A stretch of 64,000 bases of DNA. Source: an uncultured Marinoscillum sp. (GTDB taxonomy: Bacteria; Bacteroidota; Bacteroidia; Cytophagales; MED-G16). Positions within the stretch are counted from its first letter, which is position 1. Every line of letters starts with the position of its first letter. The stretch covers positions 24 to 64,023 of the forward strand of contig CACPJB010000002.1 in NCBI GenBank assembly GCA_902634135.1, written 5' to 3'. Both the position numbers and the translations under genes were made by a program. This document shows positions 19,527 to 28,650 of this stretch, piece after piece. The notes under the pieces were generated by a model, which was not told the DNA's origin, ran no database searches, and was given only the letters and a program-made list of their open reading frames with translations.

Positions 19527-20006
19527 ATGTCAAAAGTTGGAATTATTATGGGAAGTAAGTCAGACTATCCAATTATGGAAGAGGCTACTTTGATACTTAA
19601 AGAATTAGGTGTAGGTTACGATGTTAATATTGTATCTGCACATAGGACTCCTGATAAAATGATGGAATTCAGCAAAAATGCGCACAAAAATAATGTAGGC
19701 GTAATTATTGCTGGTGCAGGGGGGGCAGCACATTTACCAGGAATGGTAGCCTCAAATACCCATCTTCCTGTTATAGGTGTTCCTATTAAGTCAAGGAATT
19801 CAATAGATGGTTGGGATTCAGTTTTGTCAATTCTTCAAATGCCTGCTGGTGTTCCTGTAGCAACTGTAGCTTTAGATGGAGCAAAAAATGCCGGTATTTT
19901 GGCTGCTCAAATTCTAGGTATTTCAAATTCTAAATTATCTGAAAATATTAAAAAATTTAAAAGTGATCTTGCTGATAAAGTTGTAAAAGATGACTCAACT
20001 TTATAA
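19527..20006 (+). CDS. purE: N5-CAIR mutase
   Basis: IIMGSKSD, SAHRTP, AGAGGAAHLPGM, QMPAGVPVATV. Confidence 0.97.
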   Translation: MSKVGIIMGSKSDYPIMEEATLILKELGVGYDVNIVSAHRTPDKMMEFSKNAHKNNVGVIIAGAGGAAHLPGMVASNTHLPVIGVPIKSRNSIDGWDSVLSILQMPAGVPVATVALDGAKNAGILAAQILGISNSKLSENIKKFKSDLADKVVKDDSTL

Positions 20007-20014
20007 GGGTTTCA

Positions 20015-21691
20015 ATGAATAATTCTGATTCTACTAATTCTAATGAAAATTTTTTAGAGCAAATTATCAAAAATGATTTAGATAATGGATTTGATAATAC
20101 CAAACTAAGGTTTAGGTTTCCACCAGAACCAAATGGATATCTTCACATAGGTCATGCTAAATCTATATGTTTAAATTTTGGTTTAGGTAAATTATTTTCT
20201 GCTCCAGTAAACTTAAGGTTTGATGATACAAACCCAGAAAAAGAAAACATTGAATATATTAACTCAATCAAAGAAGATATCAAGTGGTTAGGCTTTAATT
20301 GGGACTTAGAGTGTTACGCATCAGACTATTTTGATAAATTATATGATTGGGCTATTCATTTAATAAAAACTGACAAAGCATATGTAGATTTTCAAGATCA
20401 GGAAACAATATCAAAACAGAGAGGAATACCTACCGTCCCTGGAGAAAAAAGTCCATATAGGGAAAGGTCAGTTAATGAGAATTTAGATAATTTTCAAAAG
20501 ATGAAATTCGGTAAATATAATCCTGGGGATTGTGTTTTAAGAGCAAAAATTGATATGGGATCTCCTAATATGCACATGAGAGATCCAGTATTGTATAGAA
20601 TTATGAATACAAGTCATCACAGGACTAAGGGAGAATGGAAAATATACCCTACATATGATTGGGCTCATGGACAGTCTGATTTTATTGAACAGGTTTCTCA
20701 TTCTTTTTGTACCTTGGAGTTCGAAGTCCATAGAGAATTATATGATTGGTTTTTAGAAAATATTGATCAAAAAAATAAGTTAATTCCTAAACAAAGAGAG
20801 TTTGCTAGACTCAATTTGTCATATACAATTATGAGTAAAAGAAAGTTAGGAGAATTAGTAGATTCTGGATTGGTAGAAGGATGGGATGATCCCAGAATGC
20901 CTACAATTTCTGGTTTAAGAAGAAGAGGAATTCCTCCTCAGGCAATACTAAATTTTTGTGAGAAGGTTGGTGTAGCTAAAAGAGAAAACATTATTGACTA
21001 TGCTTTACTTGATTTCTGTACAAGAGAAGTTTTAAACAAAATTTCATATAGATTAATGGTTGTTTTTGATCCTGTAGAATTAATAATAACAAATTATGAT
21101 GAAAATAAATCGGAAGTATTATTAGCTGAAAACAATCCTGAAGATGAAAAATATGGTAATCGTGAAGTATCCTTTTCAAAAAATTTATTAATTGAAAGAG
21201 AAGATTTTAAAGAGGAAGCTAATAGAAAATTTTTTAGACTGGCATTAGGGAAAGAAGTGAGGCTTAAAAACGCTTATATTATTAAAGGAGAAAGTATTGA
21301 AAAAGATAATAAAGGAAATATTAAAAAAATATTTTGTTCATATGATCCTAAATCAAAAAGTGGATCTGGATCACCTGAAAGTTTAAGGAAAGTTAAGGGT
21401 ACTATTCATTGGGTAGACAAGAATAATTACGAAAAAATTTCTATAGATATATATGATAGATTATTTAAAATTGAATCTCCAGATGAAAATAAAAGTGATG
21501 ATTTTAAAGCTCAATTAAATAAAAATTCCCTGAAAACATTTGAAAATGCATGTGGAGAATCAAATATAAATAATGTTGAATTTGATAATTATTATCAATT
21601 TCAGAGAAAAGGGTATTTTAAACTTGACAGTAGAAATTCGAATAAAAAATTTAATAGAACTGTTACTTTGAGAGATAATACTAAGTTCTGA
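20015..21691 (+). CDS. glnS: Glutamine--tRNA ligase
   Basis: RFPPEPNGYLHIGH, RFDDTNP, CTLEF, MSKRKL, WDDPRMPT, FNRTV.L.D. Confidence 0.96.
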   Translation: MNNSDSTNSNENFLEQIIKNDLDNGFDNTKLRFRFPPEPNGYLHIGHAKSICLNFGLGKLFSAPVNLRFDDTNPEKENIEYINSIKEDIKWLGFNWDLECYASDYFDKLYDWAIHLIKTDKAYVDFQDQETISKQRGIPTVPGEKSPYRERSVNENLDNFQKMKFGKYNPGDCVLRAKIDMGSPNMHMRDPVLYRIMNTSHHRTKGEWKIYPTYDWAHGQSDFIEQVSHSFCTLEFEVHRELYDWFLENIDQKNKLIPKQREFARLNLSYTIMSKRKLGELVDSGLVEGWDDPRMPTISGLRRRGIPPQAILNFCEKVGVAKRENIIDYALLDFCTREVLNKISYRLMVVFDPVELIITNYDENKSEVLLAENNPEDEKYGNREVSFSKNLLIEREDFKEEANRKFFRLALGKEVRLKNAYIIKGESIEKDNKGNIKKIFCSYDPKSKSGSGSPESLRKVKGTIHWVDKNNYEKISIDIYDRLFKIESPDENKSDDFKAQLNKNSLKTFENACGESNINNVEFDNYYQFQRKGYFKLDSRNSNKKFNRTVTLRDNTKF

Positions 21692-21741
21692 AGTAACATT
21701 TTTTTCTTTTTTAAGTATAACTGAATTATAAATTATAAAAT

Positions 21742-22404
21742 ATGGACACAAAAAAAATTGAATTAATTGGTGATAATCACGAAATTTTTTCTTTGGATAC
21801 TCCTCTAAGAAAAGATGCTTTTGTTAAATCTAATAATGAAAAAATAAAAAATATAGAAAAACATTTTACTAAGATTATAGATGAATTAGGTCTTGATCTT
21901 ACAGATGATAGTATAAGTGGAACTCCTTATAGAGTTGCTAAAATGTATGTTAAGGAAATTTTTAGTGGTTTAGATCCTGAAAATAAACCAAGAATATCTC
22001 TTTTTGATAATAAGTATAATTATAATAAGATGCTTATTGAGAAAAACATTGATTTAAATTCTACTTGTGAACATCATTTCCTACCTATTACCGGTAAAGC
22101 ACATATTTCTTATATTTCTAGCGGCAAGGTGATTGGTCTATCAAAATTAAATAGAATAGTTCAATATTATTCTTATAGGCCTCAAGTTCAGGAAAGATTG
22201 ACAACTCAAATTTATAATGAATTGAAAGAAGTTTTAGATACAGATAGTATTATGGTAGTTATTGAGGCAAAACACCTTTGTGTTTCTGCAAGAGGCATAA
22301 AGGATTACTCAAGTTCGACAGTAACAGAGATGTATGGAGGAGATTTCAATATTTATAATAAAAGGGATGAATTTTACAAACTTTTAAATTCTGTAAAAAT
22401 TTAA
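21742..22404 (+). CDS. folE: GTP cyclohydrolase I
   Basis: TP.RVAKMY, STCEHHFLP, GLSKLNR, RPQVQERLT, HLCV..RG. Confidence 0.96.
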   Translation: MDTKKIELIGDNHEIFSLDTPLRKDAFVKSNNEKIKNIEKHFTKIIDELGLDLTDDSISGTPYRVAKMYVKEIFSGLDPENKPRISLFDNKYNYNKMLIEKNIDLNSTCEHHFLPITGKAHISYISSGKVIGLSKLNRIVQYYSYRPQVQERLTTQIYNELKEVLDTDSIMVVIEAKHLCVSARGIKDYSSSTVTEMYGGDFNIYNKRDEFYKLLNSVKI

Positions 22405-23594
22405 ATTATAAAGTCCTCTAAATATTTATATTTTTTTTTAAGCCTTCCATTTTCAGCAATTGTAGCATTATATAATATTTTTTCTTCATCTTTTTTAAAT
22501 AATGGTAGCACTTCATTGATAAGCTTATTTCCAAAATAATTTGATGCATCTCTAGGTAGCTCTGAAGCTAAATTATCAATTGACATGATAGTTATATTTT
22601 GTTTATCAATAAATCCTTTTTTCACTTTTTTAGTTCTGACACAGTAATCAAAAAAAGGCTCATCTATTGTTGATGCTTTTTTTGTACATGGAATTGACCC
22701 ATTTATATCACAACTAATATCACCAATAATTTTAATTCCAAAATTTTTATTTATTTCACTTTCCTCAAAAAGTCTAGGTGAATTAGGATTCCAATAAGTT
22801 CCATTGATTAAAATATCAGTTTTATCAATAAATTTTTTAAAGGTTGATTTATATTTTTTAGGATTATCATAAAATTCTTTTTTATTAAATGGTTTACTTT
22901 TTTTTGATTTATAATAATCGGAAGCATCTGCTATTGTATAAGTTGGATATTTAAATTTTTTTTTTAAAAATTCATTCACTTTAATTTTTTTTATTTTAAA
23001 CGACCTAAGAAGTTCTTCACATCCTTTAGAGACTCTGCCTTTACCTGTAATTAATATCTTTATGGGGTATCTAAGATTTAAATTTTGATTTTGGACATAT
23101 AAATCTTTTGTGTCTTTAAATTCTTTTAACCTTTTTAATTGAAACAATTTATATTTTAAACCATAACCCATTAATGTATTATAAGCCCCTGCTATTCCTG
23201 CATATTTTCCGAATGCAATAATTCTTTTGTTGTTATTATTTAGGCATTCATAATCAATTAATTTTATTTTTTTCTTAATTATTTCCTTCAATAAGTTTTT
23301 ATTATGTTTTTGCTTTTTTATTGTATGAGAAAAAATTAAATATGTTTTTTTTTCAAGTAATTTTTCAACAGGAATTTCTTTAATGCCAATTATTAAATTA
23401 CAATGGGATAAGTCATTTTGTACTTTAACTTTTTCATCTAAAAACTCTTGATCAGAGAAACACCTTATGTTACTTTTTTCAACAGAAACAGAGAAATCAT
23501 TTAATTCATTTAGTTTCTTTGCCTGTTTTGGTGTTATTGGGCTTCTACTGTCAAATGGTACTTTATATTCTTTAGCTATTCCAATTCTTATCAT
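22401..23594 (-). CDS. AlaDh/PNT-family NAD(P) oxidoreductase (saccharopine dehydrogenase / lysine-ketoglutarate reductase-like)
   Basis: GIKE.P, FSHTIKKQ, LIDYE.L, AFG..AG, G.GRV..G, DISCD..GSIP, DNL..ELP.DAS..FG. Confidence 0.8.
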   Translation of the reverse strand: MIRIGIAKEYKVPFDSRSPITPKQAKKLNELNDFSVSVEKSNIRCFSDQEFLDEKVKVQNDLSHCNLIIGIKEIPVEKLLEKKTYLIFSHTIKKQKHNKNLLKEIIKKKIKLIDYECLNNNNKRIIAFGKYAGIAGAYNTLMGYGLKYKLFQLKRLKEFKDTKDLYVQNQNLNLRYPIKILITGKGRVSKGCEELLRSFKIKKIKVNEFLKKKFKYPTYTIADASDYYKSKKSKPFNKKEFYDNPKKYKSTFKKFIDKTDILINGTYWNPNSPRLFEESEINKNFGIKIIGDISCDINGSIPCTKKASTIDEPFFDYCVRTKKVKKGFIDKQNITIMSIDNLASELPRDASNYFGNKLINEVLPLFKKDEEKILYNATIAENGRLKKKYKYLEDFII

Positions 23595-25107
23595 TTATGG
23601 TTTTAAGGCTGTTGTTTATTCTTTGAATTAATATTTCATTTTTAATAAAATTAATTTGAGAAAAAAGATCCGCTCCACTTACTTTTCCTGATATACATAA
23701 TCTTAAAGCTTTCATTCCATCTCCAATTTTTATTTCCTTTTGACTCAATTTATTTGTATAAAAATTTTTTAGTATTTGAGTACTTTTATTTTTTTTTATT
23801 TCATTCTTAAATAATACTAATAATTCTATAAGATCTTTACTTAAATTAATTTTTGATATATTTTCTTTAAGTTCTAATAGATTGTATTCAATGATTATTT
23901 TAATTTCATTGATTATGTCTCTTCGAAATATTACTCTATCTCTAACAATTTCAATAATGTTTTTAATTTTTTTACTATCAATTATATCTTCAAATCTTTC
24001 CTTTATTTCATCTTGAAGTTCAACAATTAAAATTTTATCAGAGATTTTTTTAATGTGTTCTATATTGAACCATTTTGCTTTTTCATAATCATATTTTGCT
24101 CCGCTTTTAATTATCCTCTCTATAGTAAACTGATTTATTAATTCATCTAACTCAAAAATTTCTTTTTCATTTCCAGGATTCCATCCTATCATACTTATAA
24201 AGTTTATAAAAGCCTCTTTTTCAAATCCAATTTCTTTAAATCCTTCGAAGGTTATATCATTATCAGACCAACTAATTGGGTAAACAGGAATTCCAAATTT
24301 TTGTCCATCTCTTTTACTTAATTTACCTTTACCAGTAGGCTTTAATATTAAAGGTAAATGAGCAAAATTAGGTTTATTCCAACCAAAAGATTCATATAGT
24401 TGCCAATGTAAAGCTAAAGATGGTAACCACTCTTCGCCTCTAACTACATCAGAAATTTTCATCAAATGATCATCAATAACATTTGCTAGATGATATGTGG
24501 GCATACTATCATTTTTAAAAAGAATTTTATCGTCTAACAATTTTAAGTCTACTTTTATTTTCCCTCTTATCTGATCTTCTATTAGTATTGAGTCATTATT
24601 AAAACTCTTGTCATAGGATTTAAATCTTATTACATAATTTTTTTCTTCTAGAAATTTTCTATAAGTGCCTTCATCTAATGATAGCGAATTTTGAAATTTT
24701 TCTCTGTTTTCCCAGTTATATATAAATGTCTCTCCTTTTTTTTCTTTTTCTTTCCTTGCCTGATCAAGTGCTTCTGTGCTATCAAAAGCAAAATAGGCTT
24801 TACCATTTTCTATCAGCTTTTTAATATGTTTATTATAAATAGATTTTCTTTCAGATTGTCGATAAGGGCCAAATTTTCCAGGATTTTTTGGGCTTTCATC
24901 TGGTATAATTCCACACCATTCTAGGCTATCATTAATATGTTTTTCAGCTTTTTTATCAAATCTATTAAGGTCTGTATCTTCAATCCGTAAAATAAACTTT
25001 CCTTTTTGATTTTTTGAAATTACATAATTGTAAAGAGCTGTTCGAAGTCCTCCAATATGTAAAGGTCCCGTTGGGCTAGGCGCGAATCTTAATCTTTTTT
25101 CAAGCAT
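23572..25107 (-). CDS. gltX: Glutamate--tRNA ligase
   Basis: RFAPSPTG.LHIGG, RIEDTD, PYRQSER, RGEEWL, KLSKR. Confidence 0.96.
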   Translation of the reverse strand: MLEKRLRFAPSPTGPLHIGGLRTALYNYVISKNQKGKFILRIEDTDLNRFDKKAEKHINDSLEWCGIIPDESPKNPGKFGPYRQSERKSIYNKHIKKLIENGKAYFAFDSTEALDQARKEKEKKGETFIYNWENREKFQNSLSLDEGTYRKFLEEKNYVIRFKSYDKSFNNDSILIEDQIRGKIKVDLKLLDDKILFKNDSMPTYHLANVIDDHLMKISDVVRGEEWLPSLALHWQLYESFGWNKPNFAHLPLILKPTGKGKLSKRDGQKFGIPVYPISWSDNDITFEGFKEIGFEKEAFINFISMIGWNPGNEKEIFELDELINQFTIERIIKSGAKYDYEKAKWFNIEHIKKISDKILIVELQDEIKERFEDIIDSKKIKNIIEIVRDRVIFRRDIINEIKIIIEYNLLELKENISKINLSKDLIELLVLFKNEIKKNKSTQILKNFYTNKLSQKEIKIGDGMKALRLCISGKVSGADLFSQINFIKNEILIQRINNSLKTINDKNWNS

Positions 25108-25491
25108 TTACTTTTTAATTGCTATGCATGATATTTCAACATTTACATCTAGCGGTAATTTAGACACCTCTACAGTTTCTCTTGCTGGAGGAATGCTATT
25201 TTCAAAATATTTTCCATATTCCTCATTAACTTCTGCAAAGTTTTCCATGCTTTTTAGGAAAATGGATGTTTTTACTATATCATTTATTTGAAAATTTGCC
25301 TCATATAATATTGCTTTTAAATTTTCCATTACCTGTTTAGTTTCTTCTCTAATTCCTGAATTAACTAAACTTCCATTTTTAGGATTTAATGGTATTTGAC
25401 CAGAAACAAATATCATGTTATCATAACTAATAGCTTGATTATAGGGCCCTATTGGTTCTGGAGCCAGCTCTGTTAATATTGGTTTTTTCAT
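25108..25491 (-). CDS. RidA/YjgF family imine deaminase
   Basis: AP.PIGPYNQA, VSGQIP, N..Y..YF, PARE.V.V..LP....VEI. Confidence 0.92.
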   Translation of the reverse strand: MKKPILTELAPEPIGPYNQAISYDNMIFVSGQIPLNPKNGSLVNSGIREETKQVMENLKAILYEANFQINDIVKTSIFLKSMENFAEVNEEYGKYFENSIPPARETVEVSKLPLDVNVEISCIAIKK

Positions 25492-25521
25492 TGTTTTATT
25501 GTTTGATACAAGATACTTTTT

Positions 25522-26454
25522 TTATTTCTTTTCTAAAAAATTTTCAGCTATCATACACCTGGCACTTCCTCCACCTAGAGTTTCGATTATATTTAAATCA
25601 CTATAAATTATTTCATTATAATTTTCAATTGCTGTAATTTGATCTTTATGAAGACTTTTGTATGCTCTTTTACTCATAACTATAAACTTTTTATTATTTT
25701 CATTTTCAATTTCAAGCATATTTCCTGCAAAATTATTCAGTTGAAATTCAGAAATCTCAATTATTTCTTTTCCAGTATTTTTCAGTTTTCTAATAATTAG
25801 GTCTCTTTCATTTTTATTATCTATACATTCTAAACAAATTATTGAATAATTTTCTCCAATATTCATAATTACATTTGTGTGATATATTTCTTTTCTTTTT
25901 TTATCTACTGTATGGTAAGATCTAAAAGTTATAGGGTCATATTCTAATTTTTCACAAAAACTATTTAATAGATTTAAATCTGTTCTTTCAGAAATTGATG
26001 CATAACATATTTTATGTATTCTGTCCAAAACCATACTTCCAGTTCCTTCTAAAAATTTTTTTTCTTCCTCATATTTTGTTAAATCAATGATTTGATTTAG
26101 ATGATAATTGTTATTTAAGTATTCAACAATATCGTTTCTTCTTTCTCTTCTTCTGTTCTTTGAAAACATAGGATATAAATATAAATTCCCATTTTTATGA
26201 AGAGAGAACCAATTGTTAGGAAAAACACTATCAGTTGTTATAATGTCTTCTCTGTCATCAAAAACATCTACTGTTATGTTGTTGTCTTCTAATTTACATA
26301 CCAACATGTTAAATTCTTCAATTGATTTTTGTTTAATATCTAAACTTGAAAGGTTATTTATTCTTTTTTGAAAATAATTATTATCGGCTGTTTCAATGTT
26401 ATAATTAAAATGTTTTGGCCTTATCATAATAACCTTTGATGTATTCTGAATCAT
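25522..26454 (-). CDS. ctlX: Citrulline utilization hydrolase CtlX-like amidinotransferase
   Basis: MIRP..F.YN.ETA.NN.FQ, D..FPNNWFS, LEGTGSMVLDR, IYHTNV, GGGSARCM.AE. Confidence 0.85.
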   Translation of the reverse strand: MIQNTSKVIMIRPKHFNYNIETADNNYFQKRINNLSSLDIKQKSIEEFNMLVCKLEDNNITVDVFDDREDIITTDSVFPNNWFSLHKNGNLYLYPMFSKNRRRERRNDIVEYLNNNYHLNQIIDLTKYEEEKKFLEGTGSMVLDRIHKICYASISERTDLNLLNSFCEKLEYDPITFRSYHTVDKKRKEIYHTNVIMNIGENYSIICLECIDNKNERDLIIRKLKNTGKEIIEISEFQLNNFAGNMLEIENENNKKFIVMSKRAYKSLHKDQITAIENYNEIIYSDLNIIETLGGGSARCMIAENFLEKK

Positions 26455-26508
26455 CCTAAATTTTATTTTCTAATACTAAAATATGCATTAAATATTATTT
26501 ATATAATG

Positions 26509-27672
26509 TTATTTTTTAAATGTATCCTGTAGTGTATCCTTCCTATAGGATAATAAATTCCCTTTTTTAAATAGTATTTTTGGTTTTTTCTCTTTAATTC
26601 TTTCTGTATTTTCAATTTTTATATCAAGAATTTTACTGATATAATCTTTCTCATTCATATAAGTGTATTCTTTTTTGGTTTTTTCAATTGAATTATGCCC
26701 AAGTATTGATGATATAAGATAAACATTCTTGGTTTTATTATACATCTTCATTACGTATGTGTTTATTCCATCTCTATATTTTTTTTGAGGGTTAATTCCT
26801 GATATAACCATAAGCCTATTGAATTCTTTTGATTTGTTTTTTTTAGAATTTTTAAGTTTAAATACGTTTTTTATTTTTTCTTTTCTTTTGCCAAGTAATT
26901 TTCTAGCTTTTTCTCCAAAAGGGATGACAAACTTTTTTTTATTATAATCAACATCTATATAGTATTTTTTGTTTTTAAGATTTTTGATATTTTCCCATTT
27001 GATTATTTCTAGGATTTTTAATTTTGAGCCAGTATAAAAAGAGAATAAAAAGGCATTTTTTATTTCTTTATTTCTAAACTTAGCTCTCTTTATTTTTTCT
27101 ATTTCTTTTTTACTAAAAACATTTTTTATTTTTTTTTCTTCTTTATATTTTATTCCTGACACTCTAGGATATTCACATAATTTTAATTTATTTATATTAA
27201 TTAAGACGCTTTTGAAATTGTTCCAATATTTCGAGGCTGTACTGCCTTTTATTTCATTATTTCTGATTTTTTTTTCTATATTTTGTTTTGTTATTTCAAG
27301 AAATTTTTGATTTATATCTCTAATATTAAGATGTTCAATATTATTATTGGATCTAATAAAATTAAATACAGCATTTGTATTATTGATATTTGAAAATTCA
27401 TAAAATAAATTTTTAAATAGGTATTGATTATTTTCTTCTAACTTAATATTTGATCTATTATTTTCTAAGTCATCTTTTGCTCTTCGTAAGATTTCTTCAC
27501 AACTTATTTTTATTTCTTTATTATGTGACTTTTCAATATCATTGTTGGGTGATATCCATTCCCACAATTTTAAACTTTCAACTTTTGCCTTATTTTGACT
27601 TACTCTATATCTAATGTATAAGTTATACTTTGTGTTATTATAGTTTTTTCTTTTCCAAAGTTGTATTTTCAA
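26509..27672 (-). CDS. Tyrosine recombinase/integrase homolog with a degenerate active site
   Basis: Bacteroidota integrase-like N-terminal arm domain (LYIRY...KVESLKL...EK.HNK), central STA..Y, AFLFS.YTG, ..ISSILGH. The box I Arg and the HxxR motif are not recognisable. TTG start. Confidence 0.75.
   Translation of the reverse strand: MKIQLWKRKNYNNTKYNLYIRYRVSQNKAKVESLKLWEWISPNNDIEKSHNKEIKISCEEILRRAKDDLENNRSNIKLEENNQYLFKNLFYEFSNINNTNAVFNFIRSNNNIEHLNIRDINQKFLEITKQNIEKKIRNNEIKGSTASKYWNNFKSVLININKLKLCEYPRVSGIKYKEEKKIKNVFSKKEIEKIKRAKFRNKEIKNAFLFSFYTGSKLKILEIIKWENIKNLKNKKYYIDVDYNKKKFVIPFGEKARKLLGKRKEKIKNVFKLKNSKKNKSKEFNRLMVISGINPQKKYRDGINTYVMKMYNKTKNVYLISSILGHNSIEKTKKEYTYMNEKDYISKILDIKIENTERIKEKKPKILFKKGNLLSYRKDTLQDTFKK
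26518..26541. repeat. Tandem TGTATCCT pair, left (candidate integrase arm-type sites)
   Basis: TGTATCCT at 26521-26528 and 26533-26540, 12-bp period, inside the last codons of the integrase. Confidence 0.7.
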
Positions 27673-27700
27673 TAGTGTATCCTTAAATGTATCCTTAAAT
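27673..27700. repeat. Tandem TGTATCCT pair, right (candidate integrase arm-type sites)
   Basis: TGTATCCT at 27676-27683 and 27688-27695, 12-bp period, directly upstream of the integrase start. Confidence 0.7.
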
Positions 27701-27740
27701 TTTATTTAAAAATACATATATTTATTGATTTAAGGCCTAT

Positions 27741-28646
27741 TTATTTTATTCTTTTTAATGGTAAAGTTGAGCATCTAAATAATCCACCAAATTTTGAAAT
27801 CTCTCTATAATATACTTTTTCAACAGTTATTTTATAACCTGTTAATACATCATTTAGTCTATGAAATGTAGAGTCAGATACTACTACATTGCTATTGATT
27901 GAAAAAATATTAGAGTTTCCATCATACATTTCCTTTTGGTCAATATATATTAAATTATTCTTCCCAAAAATTTTCTTTATCTTTTCATAATCCTCTTTAT
28001 TTTCAAAACCATCCTTATATATAATTAATTTATTTTTTCCTACTGGTTGCATTGCACAGTCAAGATGGAGAATGTTTTTATAAGGATTATTATCATCTTT
28101 TATCATTTCAAAACCTATAACTTTTTTATTTGGGAAATGTTTTTGCATAAATTTTATAGAATTATATGATGTTCTTGCCACTTTTAATTTATCATCTTTA
28201 CTATATCCTATAAAAATAAAATCATTATGAATAATAATATCTCCTCCTTCAATATGTATTGTATTTGGAACCAAAATTTTTTCCTTTTCTTTCAGACTAT
28301 TAGAAAAATACTTGATCCCATCTTTTTCATTATTTCTTTGATCAATGATTTCAGGGATAAAGAATTTATTTTCCACAACAAAGGCAATATCTCTTGTGAA
28401 AATCTGATTTAAATTTTTAATAATATTCGGTCGAAAAACTTCAATTTCATATTTGAGCAAAGTTTCATGAAACCTCTCAATTTCTTTAATACAATCTTCT
28501 TGTGATGGGAATGTATTATTTAATATATTTTCTTTAGTCTTTGGATCTATACATTTATCAATGGATTGGTTTTCAATCATATCGTCAGCTATACCTAATA
28601 TAACAGACACTAATTGGTTGGTCTCATTGTTTATATATAGCCCCAT
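27741..28646 (-). CDS. Arginine deiminase / dimethylarginine dimethylaminohydrolase family protein
   Basis: NQIFTRD, IEGGD, LHLDC, GGLFRC.TLPL.R pentein motifs. Confidence 0.85.
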   Translation of the reverse strand: MGLYINNETNQLVSVILGIADDMIENQSIDKCIDPKTKENILNNTFPSQEDCIKEIERFHETLLKYEIEVFRPNIIKNLNQIFTRDIAFVVENKFFIPEIIDQRNNEKDGIKYFSNSLKEKEKILVPNTIHIEGGDIIIHNDFIFIGYSKDDKLKVARTSYNSIKFMQKHFPNKKVIGFEMIKDDNNPYKNILHLDCAMQPVGKNKLIIYKDGFENKEDYEKIKKIFGKNNLIYIDQKEMYDGNSNIFSINSNVVVSDSTFHRLNDVLTGYKITVEKVYYREISKFGGLFRCSTLPLKRIK

Positions 28647-28650
28647 AAAA

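Noticed and set aside
26487-26514. dif-like sequence (ATTAAATATTA TTTATA TAATGTTATTT) beside the integrase
   Set aside because: Several mismatches to the XerD arm and easily produced by chance in AT-rich DNA; the protein has an arm-type N-terminus rather than XerC/D features.
26454-27707. ATCCT(T)AAATTTTATTT at both flanks as a target-site duplication
   Set aside because: Imperfect and low complexity, and the right copy overlaps the TGTATCCT repeat. It cannot be separated from chance without an empty-site genome.
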